Assembly (NCBI GenBank): GCA_041687695.1
Contig: JAWLBL010000012.1
Span: 176,648 to 200,890 of the forward strand
Direction of reading: 5' to 3'
Length of the DNA: 24,243 nucleotides
Source: Myxococcota bacterium
GTDB lineage: Bacteria; Myxococcota_A; UBA9042; PHBI01; JAWLBL01
In this document: in pieces, positions 1 through 7,356 of the stretch
How positions within the stretch are numbered: position 1 is the first letter of the stretch
Layout of the letters: each line of letters begins with the position of its first letter
Program-made: the position numbers and the translations under genes
Notes under the pieces: generated by a model
The model's input: the letters and a program-made list of their open reading frames with translations, nothing else
What the model was told of the DNA's origin: nothing
The model's database searches: none

Positions 1-260
1 CCGCGGAAACGTTCAGCCACGGAGACGACGTCTGGTGACGCGAACGAGCGGGCAGCGGTGGCGCGTGGAGGGCGCGTGGCAGGTCCCCGGAGCGCTCGGA
101 GGGCCTCGTGAGGTGCCGTAGCGTTACCGCGGAAACGTTCAGCCACGGAGACGACCTCTGGTGACGCGAACGAGCGGGCAGCGGTGGCGCGTGGAGGGCG
201 CGTGGCAGGTCCCCGGGGCGCGCGGAGGGCCTCGTGAGGTGCCGTGGCGTTACCGCGGAA
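1..260. repeat. 126-bp tandem repeat, two full copies plus 8 bp, probably truncated by the window edge
   Basis: CCGCGGAA begins at 1, 127 and 253. Copies 1-126 and 127-252 differ at only 4 positions (unit positions 30, 91, 96, 120). Confidence 0.95.
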
Positions 261-281
261 GCGTCTCACGGGGGGAGGCGC

Positions 282-316
282 GCGAGGCCGCGAGGGCTGA
301 GGTCTCGCGGCCTCGC
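282..316 (-). terminator. GC-rich hairpin downstream of the OsmC-family gene, possible terminator without a U-tract
   Basis: Perfect 13-bp inverted repeat GCGAGGCCGCGAG (282-294) / CTCGCGGCCTCGC (304-316) with a 9-nt loop, about 27 bp past the stop at 343. Confidence 0.45.
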
Positions 317-342
317 CGCTTGGGTTGGGGAACGCCCGACGC

Positions 343-921
343 TCAGGCCTGCGCCGAGGGGTGAGAGCGGCCCCTCGAGGGGCGGGGCTCGACGCGCAGG
401 TCGACCTGGGTGCCGTGCATGACGACGTCCAGGACCGGGGACATGCGCGCGCACTCCTCCAGGACCTCGGCCGAGCCGTCGGACTCGACGTGGAAGGTGG
501 CCTCGATGCGTCGATAGCCCCGACGCACCTGGTCGCTGACGCCGAGGAAGCCGCGGATGTCGATCTCTCCGCGCAGGACGCACTCGCAGGCGTCGATGTG
601 GATGCCGCGGGCGGCGGCGTGGTAGACCATCGCGCCCGTCAGGCAGGTCGCCAGCGCGTTGAGGAGGTGCTCGACGGGATTCGGTCCGCGATCCTGGCCC
701 AGGAGCAGTGGGGGTTCGTCCGCTTTGAGGGTGTGACGGCGGCTGTCGTTTTCCTGCTTGGCGCCATAGAAGGCTTCGATGGTGGTGCGGCTGTGGCCGC
801 CGTCGAGCCACTCGGTGCGGGCGCGGAACTCGAACGCCGCGAGGTCGGGATCGGCGCGGAAGTCGTGGATGGCCTTACCAAGCTGCTGGATGTCGACGCC
901 GTTGACGATCTTCGGGGCCAT
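343..921 (-). CDS. OsmC-family protein (192 aa)
   Basis: Motifs VNGVD, ADEPPLLLGQDRGPNPVEHLLNALATC, ARGIHI, GEIDIRGFLG and SPV. GGAGG SD upstream of the ATG; GC3-rich codons. Confidence 0.9.
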   Translation of the reverse strand: MAPKIVNGVDIQQLGKAIHDFRADPDLAAFEFRARTEWLDGGHSRTTIEAFYGAKQENDSRRHTLKADEPPLLLGQDRGPNPVEHLLNALATCLTGAMVYHAAARGIHIDACECVLRGEIDIRGFLGVSDQVRRGYRRIEATFHVESDGSAEVLEECARMSPVLDVVMHGTQVDLRVEPRPSRGRSHPSAQA

Positions 922-1073
922 GGGTATGCCCTCCAGCGGGCCACCTGTCGCGGGGCCCGTAGCTGGGGGTGCGCTACTGGCAGGGTAGCCCCGCCCGCGG
1001 CGCGGGGAACGCCTGGCGCGGCCGCGCGGCCCGAGCGAGCGAGGCGACGAGGCGGACCGCTGGTCGGTCGGCG

Positions 1074-1367
1074 TCAGACCACGAGCGCCTTCAGGTCAGC
1101 CACCACGGTCGCGACCTTGTCGTAGGCGCCGTAGCGCGCGACGAACTCGGGTGGGGTCGCCACGGTCACGATCTCCTCGGCGCCGCTGGGGGTCTGCGCC
1201 GCGTCGCCATAGGCCACCCAATAGACCAGGCCGTCGACCAGATAGACCGTCTCGCCCCCGCCGGAGTTGGGGCCCCACAGCGGCCACTCGCGTTGGGCGC
1301 GGCGGGCGATCTCGACGTAGGTGGTCAGCGGCGCGCTGGCGTCGCTCCGTTCGTTCGAATCGCGCAT
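1074..1367 (-). CDS. Small hypothetical protein (about 97 aa)
   Basis: Strong GC3 bias in this frame and normal amino-acid composition. ATG at 1367 preferred over the track start at 1403. No family recognised. Confidence 0.65.
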   Translation of the reverse strand: MRDSNERSDASAPLTTYVEIARRAQREWPLWGPNSGGGETVYLVDGLVYWVAYGDAAQTPSGAEEIVTVATPPEFVARYGAYDKVATVVADLKALVV

Positions 1368-1489
1368 GCCGACGGAATAGGCGGCACTCGGCCCGTGGGT
1401 CAAGCGGCCGCCGATTGTCCATCCAGCCGAACACGGTGTTCACCGCGTTCGGCTGGCGTGGGCCGGTCCCGGTCCTCATCTTGACGGCC

Positions 1490-2713
1490 ATGTCCTACGC
1501 CGCCTCTTCGCCCTCCGCTCCCTCCCGTGGCCTGCCAGGCTGGCTCATGCTGCTCGGCGCCTTGACCGCGCTCGGGCCGCTGTCCATCGACATGTACCTC
1601 CCCGGCTTCCCGTCGATCGCGAGCGCGCTGGGCGCCGACGCCGCCGACGTCGAGCTCACCCTCGCGACCTTCCTGGGCGGCATGGCCCTGGGGCAGCTCC
1701 TGTATGGCCCGCTCAGCGACCGCTTCGGCCGCAAGCCCCCGCTCTACTTCGGCCTCGCCCTGTACGTCGTCGCCTCGCTCGCCTGCGCCCAGGCCGCCTC
1801 CGTCGAGGCCCTCGCCGCCTGGCGCTTCCTGCAGGCCTTGGGCAGCAGCGCCGGCCTCGTCATCAGCCGCGCGGTCATCCGCGACCGCACGACCACCCTC
1901 GAGGGCGCCCGGATGTTCTCGCTCCTCATGTTGGTCATGGGCCTCGCCCCCATCCTCGCCCCCTCGCTTGGCAGCGCGGCCCTCGCTCTGACCGGCTGGC
2001 GCAGCATCTTCGTCTTCCTCGCCGCCGTGGGCGCCGCCGCCCTCGCGGCGGTCCACTTCACGATGGGCGAGACCGTCTCGCGGCACGACGCCGCTCCGCT
2101 GCGCCTGTCCGCCGCCGTGGGCCGCTACGCCCGTCTGCTGCGCAACGGCCACTTCGTCCGCTTCAGCCTCATCGGCGCCCTCGCCGGGGCGGGCATGTTC
2201 GCCTACATCGCGGGGTCGCCGTACGTGCTCATCGAGCTGTACGGCGTCCCGTCCGAGCACTACGGCTGGATCTTCGGCCTCAACGCCTTCGGGCTCATCG
2301 CCGCCGCGCAGCTCAACCAGCGTCTGCTCGGCCGCCGCACCCCCGAGCAGCTGCTGAGCGGCGCCCTCGTCGTCCCGCCCGTCGCAGCCGCCATCGCCCT
2401 GGTCCCGACCCTGCTGGGCATCCAGAGCCTGCCGGTGTTGATGCTGGGCCTGTTCGCCTTCGTCGGCAGCCTGGGCTTCATCACGCCCAACGCGTCCGCC
2501 CTGGCGCTGTCCGGCGAGGGCCGCGCCGCCGGCTCGGCCTCGGCCCTGATGGGCACCCTCCAGTCGCTGTGCGGCACGCTCGCCGGCGTCGCCGTCAGCC
2601 TGCTGCATCGCCCGAACGCGCTGCCCCTGACCTGCGCGATGGCGGTCTGCGGGGCGGGCGCCTTCCTGCTGCACCGGGCCACCCGTGGGCGCGCGCCGGC
2701 GTTCACTGCCTGA
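1490..2713 (+). CDS. Bcr/CflA-family (DHA1) MFS efflux transporter (about 407 aa)
   Basis: LGPLSIDMYLPGFP, GQLLYGPLSDRFGRKP (MFS motif A), RAVIRD, APILAPSLG, ETV; about 12 hydrophobic segments. ATG at 1490 lies within track ORF 1151..2713. Confidence 0.93.
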   Translation: MSYAASSPSAPSRGLPGWLMLLGALTALGPLSIDMYLPGFPSIASALGADAADVELTLATFLGGMALGQLLYGPLSDRFGRKPPLYFGLALYVVASLACAQAASVEALAAWRFLQALGSSAGLVISRAVIRDRTTTLEGARMFSLLMLVMGLAPILAPSLGSAALALTGWRSIFVFLAAVGAAALAAVHFTMGETVSRHDAAPLRLSAAVGRYARLLRNGHFVRFSLIGALAGAGMFAYIAGSPYVLIELYGVPSEHYGWIFGLNAFGLIAAAQLNQRLLGRRTPEQLLSGALVVPPVAAAIALVPTLLGIQSLPVLMLGLFAFVGSLGFITPNASALALSGEGRAAGSASALMGTLQSLCGTLAGVAVSLLHRPNALPLTCAMAVCGAGAFLLHRATRGRAPAFTA

Positions 2714-2745
2714 ACGCGCCGGCGTTCACCGCTCATGCGCGCGGA

Positions 2746-3600
2746 TCAGATGCGGCGCAGCTTCATCTGGACGTCGCCCGACCAGTGGTTGGCGAAGCCC
2801 CGCACGCAGGTGCCCAGGTAACGATCGTAGTCCTCGAAGACCTGGTCGCCCCACTCGGCCCGGATGCGCGCCTCGTTGGCCAGCAGGCGCCGGTGCCACT
2901 CGCCGGTCGTCTTGCCGTAGTCTTTGCGCCGCATGATGAGCTGCTCGAGCTCCCAGCGCGGGTTGATGGCCTGCACCAGCTCCTCGATGCGCGGGTTGAG
3001 GCCGCCTGGGAAGATGACGTCGGCCGTGAAGGCCAGATCCTCGAGATCCTTGCGGGTGCGCGGCACGCGGTTGCGCAGGATGGCCTGGAAACCGAAGGCG
3101 GCGCCCGGCTCGACCCAGTCGGCCAGCTTGTCGAAGTAGGCGCTGTAGATCTCGACGGCCTTGCCCTCGCGGGCCTGGGCCGGCGAGCACAGGTGGTCGA
3201 TCATCTCGATGGAGACGAGCCCGTCGTACTTCACCGCCGGCTGGTAGGTCGCGTAGTCCTGCAGCCAGAACTTCGCCTTGTCGGCCGGCAGGTTGCGAGC
3301 GTGGCAGTATTCGAGCTGCGCGTCCGACAGGGTGATGCCGTGCGCCTGCGCGACGCCGAAGCGGACGAAGCACTCGATGGCCGAGCCCCAGCCGCAGCCG
3401 ATGTCGAGCACCGTCTTGTCGGGCCCCAGCTCGGCGAAGTCGTACAGGACGCGCGCCTTGTGCTCCTGGGCCTGCTCGAGCGTCCACGCCGGGTCGTCCC
3501 ACGCCGCGCTCGTGTAGTGCATGTTCTCGTCGAGCCACAGCCGGAAGAAGTCGTTGGAGACGCTGTAGCTGCGGTCGATCTCTTCTTTGGTCGACGTCAT
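2746..3600 (-). CDS. Cyclopropane-fatty-acyl-phospholipid synthase / CMAS-family SAM-dependent methyltransferase (284 aa)
   Basis: YSVSNDFFRLWLDENMHYT, LEQAQEHK, SAM motif VLDIGCGWGS, GITLSDAQ, IFPGG, YGKTTGEW, YLGTC. Confidence 0.88.
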   Translation of the reverse strand: MTSTKEEIDRSYSVSNDFFRLWLDENMHYTSAAWDDPAWTLEQAQEHKARVLYDFAELGPDKTVLDIGCGWGSAIECFVRFGVAQAHGITLSDAQLEYCHARNLPADKAKFWLQDYATYQPAVKYDGLVSIEMIDHLCSPAQAREGKAVEIYSAYFDKLADWVEPGAAFGFQAILRNRVPRTRKDLEDLAFTADVIFPGGLNPRIEELVQAINPRWELEQLIMRRKDYGKTTGEWHRRLLANEARIRAEWGDQVFEDYDRYLGTCVRGFANHWSGDVQMKLRRI

Positions 3601-3683
3601 GACCGGGCCCCTCTCGCTTGGACTCGGGTGGGCTTACGCGAGGGTCGGCCGGACGTCAACCGAGCCGTCGCTCGGCGCCGGGG

Positions 3684-4850
3684 TCAGGGGCGCAGCGCCT
3701 CGATGTCGACCGCGGCGCAGTCGGCCGGCGCGCTGACGGGGTTGCAGCCCGAGGGCTGTCCGCCCGGGATCTGCACCACGTAGCCGTTGTCGGCGGCCAC
3801 CGGGTAGTCGCTGCTGAGCAGGTGGGCGCCGCTGGCGAGCGCGGCGGCCAGGCGGGGCGCGTCGGCGGGATCCGGCGCGGCGCTGTCGGCGTCGGCGCGG
3901 GTGCGGACGATGAAGCCGGCTTGGGCCGCCGCGGTGATGGCCGCCCCGTGCTTCACCGGGTCGTCCGCGGCGAAGATGGCCGCGTGCGGGGGCCACTCGT
4001 CGTCGCTCCCCGGGTCCGCGACGACGAACATGGCGGGGCCCTGACCGGACCCGCCGGCCTGCAGGTACCGGTCGCGGTGCTCGCCGCGCTCGAGGAACAC
4101 GACCACCAGGTGATCGCGGACCTCGCCCAGGGTCGGCCAGCCGCGCTCCAGGATGGCGTCGCGCAGCGTCGGCGCGTCGCCCTGCACCTCGGCCGGCTCG
4201 AGCAGCCGGTCGGCCGGCCACACGGATCGAATCGCCTCGTCGATGCGGTGGTGGTGGTCCAGCAGCGAGACCTCTTGCGGCGCCTCGTCGTTCTCGAAGA
4301 GCCAGGCCATGTCGTCCTTGGCCTCGATGAAGACGAACAGCGGGTGGTGGCCCGGGTTCACGTCCGACCAGGCCTTCAACGCGCCCAGGCAGTCGGTGAG
4401 GAGCCGACAGGTCGTGCCCTCGTCGAGCAAGGGCACGTGATAGACCTCGAGCGCGCCGAGGCCCGGGTTCCAGTGCACGTCCAGCTCGAACTGGCGGACG
4501 CCCTGCGCGCCGAGCTGCAAATCCAGCGGGTCGAAGCCGTAGGTCCACTCGGGGATGGGGTCCTCGGGGGCCAGGTGATAGCTGTTGTGGGTCCCGAGCG
4601 CGCGCAGGTGGTTCAACCGCAGCTCGCCGTCGCGCGGGTAGACCGGGCCCACCGGCTCGAGGGTGTCGGCGGCGTCTCCCGCAGGGCCGGCAGCGTCCTC
4701 GCCCGAGTCCTGGTCGACCGGGGTGTCGTCGCCGGCCTTGGCGTCGAGCCCGACGTCCTCGGCGGCGGGCGCTCCCTGCTCCGCGCCGGCGCAAGCCGCC
4801 AGCAGCAGCGCGACCGCCCAACTCCCCCAACGCGCGTGTGACGCATTCAT
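3684..4850 (-). CDS. Lipoprotein with Ca2+-dependent PI-PLC-like phosphodiesterase domain (388 aa)
   Basis: Lipobox LLAAC; PLC-like motifs LNHLRALGTHNSYH, QLGAQGVRQFELDVH, VYHVP, WSDVNPGHHPLFVFIEAK, GFIVRTRAD, SGAHLLSSDYP. Confidence 0.85.
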   Translation of the reverse strand: MNASHARWGSWAVALLLAACAGAEQGAPAAEDVGLDAKAGDDTPVDQDSGEDAAGPAGDAADTLEPVGPVYPRDGELRLNHLRALGTHNSYHLAPEDPIPEWTYGFDPLDLQLGAQGVRQFELDVHWNPGLGALEVYHVPLLDEGTTCRLLTDCLGALKAWSDVNPGHHPLFVFIEAKDDMAWLFENDEAPQEVSLLDHHHRIDEAIRSVWPADRLLEPAEVQGDAPTLRDAILERGWPTLGEVRDHLVVVFLERGEHRDRYLQAGGSGQGPAMFVVADPGSDDEWPPHAAIFAADDPVKHGAAITAAAQAGFIVRTRADADSAAPDPADAPRLAAALASGAHLLSSDYPVAADNGYVVQIPGGQPSGCNPVSAPADCAAVDIEALRP

Positions 4851-4895
4851 GGCGGGCAGGTTAGCGGCGGCGCCTGCAGGGCGCCAGCGTGACCG

Positions 4896-4933
4896 CCGTC
4901 ATGAGGACTTCACAATCGTCACCCGACCGTCAC
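4896..4933. promoter_or_regulatory. Pho-box-like direct repeats (two 11-bp-spaced pairs)
   Basis: CCGTCATGAGGACTTCAC (4896-4913) and TCGTCACCCGACCGTCAC (4916-4933). GTCA/TTCA cores at 4898+4909 and 4918+4929, between a phospholipase gene and a phosphate transporter gene. Confidence 0.55.
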
Positions 4934-5001
4934 GTCCGGGGTTGCGTCCATCGGACCGTCCCCTATCCTGCGCGCACCCTGGCCGGTACGACGGAGGCGC
5001 G

Positions 5002-6672
5002 ATGGGCTTGGCTTCGGTGCTCGCGATCCTGGGCGGGCTCGGCGTGTTCCTGTTCGGGCTGCGCGTCATGAGCGCCGGCCTGCAGAAGCTCGCCGGAGAT
5101 CGCCTGCGCGCCGTCCTGAGCGGCATGACCCGCAACCGCGCCGCGGGGGTCCTCAGCGGCTTCCTCATCACCGTCGCCGCGCAGTCGTCCAGCGCGACCA
5201 CCGTCCTCATCGTCTCGTTCGCCAACGCCGGCCTGCTGACCCTGACCGAGTCCATTGGCCTCGTGATGGGCGCCAACATCGGCACGACGGTGACCGCCTG
5301 GATGGTCTCGCTGCTGGGCTTCAAGGTGAACATCACCGCCTTCGCCCTGCCGGTCATCGGCGTCGGCTTCCCCATGTCCTTCATGAAGGACGCGCGCTTT
5401 CGGCACCTGTCCGAGGTGCTCATCGGCTTCGGCCTGCTCTTCCTCGGGCTCGACTTCCTCAAGCAGGGCGTGCCCGACCTCAAGAGCAACCCCGAGGCGC
5501 TCGCCTGGCTCGCGAGCTTCGCCGACATGGGCTTCGGCTCGGTGCTGCTGTTCATCCTGGTGGGGACGCTGCTGACCATCGTGGTCCAGTCGTCGTCGGC
5601 CTCGACCACCATCACGCTCACCATGGCCGCCAAGGGCTGGATCTCGTACGAGATCGCGGCCGCCATGGTGCTGGGCGAGAACCTGGGCACCACCATCACC
5701 GCCACCATCGCCGCGCTGGCCGGCAACCGCAACGCCAAGCGCGTCGCCCGTAGCCACACCCTGTTCAACGTCATCGGCGTGCTGTGGATGCTGCCGCTGT
5801 TCTGGGTGTTCCTGCAGCTCGTCGACCAGCTGGTGCCCGGGGATCCCACCAGCGGCCCGCTCGCGATGACGACCCACCTCGCGGCCTTCCACACCGCCTT
5901 CAACGTCACCAACACGGCGCTGCTGGTCTGGTTCGTCCCGCAGATCGAGCGCGCGGTGCGCTGGCTGGTGCCGCAGGCGGCCGAGGAGCAGGAGCAGACC
6001 CACCTTCAGTTCCTGGAGACGGCGCTGTTGGCGACGCCCGAGCTGGCCGACATCGAGGTGCGCCGCGCGCTGCAGCTGATGACCCAGGAGTGCGATCGCA
6101 TGTTCGTCGAGGTGCGCCAGGTGCTGGGTCAGCCCTCGGCCAAGCTGGGCAAGCTGATCGACGACGTGAAGCGGGGCGAGGACCGGACCGATCACATGGA
6201 GGCCGAGATCGTGGCCTTCTGCGGGCAGATGGCGCGCTCGGGCATGAGCGACCGGGCCGGACGCGATCTCACGGTGTACCTGGACCTCGCCAACGACATC
6301 GAGCGCATGGGCGACCACTGCCTCAACCTCATCCGCCTGGCCGAGCGCCGCTACGACAAGGGGATGGTCTTCGGCGACGAGGCGCTCCGGGACATGGACG
6401 AGATGACCGGCTACGTCGGCGAGTTCATGCCGATGGCCGCGCGGTCGCTGGGGGCCGGCGCGCCGTCGTTCCTGGCCGAGGCGCGGGTCCTCGAGGGCAA
6501 GATCAACCGGCTGCGCGACCGAGCGCGCAAGCGGCACGCCGAGCGGATGCAGGCGGGCACCGAGGACATCCGGGCCGGCCTCATCTACCTCGACATGATG
6601 ACCAACCTCGAGAAGCTCGGCGACTACTGCTTCAACGTGGTGCGGGCGGCCGACGGGCTGGCCGAGGACTGA
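5002..6672 (+). CDS. Na/Pi cotransporter (NptA/YjbB-like) with C-terminal PhoU-like domains (about 556 aa)
   Basis: Duplicated signature AQSSSATT...MGANIGTT and VQSSSAS...LGENLGTT; PhoU-like DIERMGDHC and NLEKLGDYC. GGAGG SD before the ATG at 5002. Confidence 0.93.
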   Translation: MGLASVLAILGGLGVFLFGLRVMSAGLQKLAGDRLRAVLSGMTRNRAAGVLSGFLITVAAQSSSATTVLIVSFANAGLLTLTESIGLVMGANIGTTVTAWMVSLLGFKVNITAFALPVIGVGFPMSFMKDARFRHLSEVLIGFGLLFLGLDFLKQGVPDLKSNPEALAWLASFADMGFGSVLLFILVGTLLTIVVQSSSASTTITLTMAAKGWISYEIAAAMVLGENLGTTITATIAALAGNRNAKRVARSHTLFNVIGVLWMLPLFWVFLQLVDQLVPGDPTSGPLAMTTHLAAFHTAFNVTNTALLVWFVPQIERAVRWLVPQAAEEQEQTHLQFLETALLATPELADIEVRRALQLMTQECDRMFVEVRQVLGQPSAKLGKLIDDVKRGEDRTDHMEAEIVAFCGQMARSGMSDRAGRDLTVYLDLANDIERMGDHCLNLIRLAERRYDKGMVFGDEALRDMDEMTGYVGEFMPMAARSLGAGAPSFLAEARVLEGKINRLRDRARKRHAERMQAGTEDIRAGLIYLDMMTNLEKLGDYCFNVVRAADGLAED

Positions 6673-6718
6673 CGGTATCAGGCGATCGGCGCCGGGAGAC
6701 GGCGTCCGGGAGCCGCCG

Positions 6719-7186
6719 TCAGGGGCTCGGCGACAGGCGCAGCTCGGCGATGGGCAGGTAGTCCATCGCCTGCTCGTCGTAGATCTCGCTGGCCTTGGTG
6801 ACGGCGATCCGGCAGCCGAAGGCCGTGCGGGCGTCGCCCTCGGCGATGCGCAGGCGGCGCTGGTCCTCGCCGACCGAGGCGCGGATGACGGCGGTGCCTT
6901 CACGGACGGTCTCGCCCCGGGCGTTCTCGCTGGAGACCCAGTCGACCTTCTCGAGCGCGAGCACCACACCGCAGCCCTCTATCAGCACGGGCTCGAAGGT
7001 CAGGGTCAGCGGGTCGGCCGCCGACACGCGCTTGCCGGCGAACGAGGCGTTGGGGTCGGCCGGGGCGGCGGCGGGTGGGGCCGGTGTGGGCGCCGGGGCG
7101 GGCGACTGTGCGGGCGTGGCGCCTGCGCACGCGGCGATCAGCAGGCCGCCGAGCAGCCCACCGATCGGGACGAGTCGGCATGTCAT
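6719..7186 (-). CDS. Hypothetical lipoprotein (about 155 aa)
   Basis: ATG at 7186 with GGAGG SD; lipobox LLIAAC, Pro/Ala tether, then a beta-rich domain with two Cys. Confidence 0.75.
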   Translation of the reverse strand: MTCRLVPIGGLLGGLLIAACAGATPAQSPAPAPTPAPPAAAPADPNASFAGKRVSAADPLTLTFEPVLIEGCGVVLALEKVDWVSSENARGETVREGTAVIRASVGEDQRRLRIAEGDARTAFGCRIAVTKASEIYDEQAMDYLPIAELRLSPSP

Positions 7187-7356
7187 CGGATCCTCCCGGG
7201 TTGAGGCGCCCATTGTGGGGCGCAGGCTCCCGACGCGGCAAGCCCGGCGGATTTCGTTGGCTACGAGGCGGCCGAGTCGGCAGGATGCGCCGCCTCGCCG
7301 GCCCGCCCTCGCGGGGGCGCCGCGCGGCGGCACGGACGAACGACGGGAGACGGGTC

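Noticed and set aside
161..422. Short + strand ORFs over the 126-bp repeat
   Set aside because: The equivalent frames in unit 1 contain stops, and codon usage is unlike the real genes.
343..921. OsmC protein having SPV instead of a second CP motif, as a novelty
   Set aside because: As far as I know this is typical of this long OsmC-like subfamily.
1151..1489. N-terminal extensions in the ORF track (also 4663-5001, 7075-7356, 11629-12666, 20436-21173)
   Set aside because: Low-complexity Arg/Pro/Ala translations overlapping other genes. Family homology and SD or -10 signals point to the downstream ATGs.
1490..3600. Functional link between the Bcr/CflA transporter and the cfa-like gene, recalling ydhC-cfa adjacency in E. 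coli
   Set aside because: The genes are convergent here with no shared regulatory region, so adjacency is probably coincidental.
7187..7356. Hairpins upstream of deaD as a thermosensor or ncRNA
   Set aside because: Short stems such as CGAGGCGGC/GCCGCCTCG are expected by chance at this GC content, and no family signature is present.
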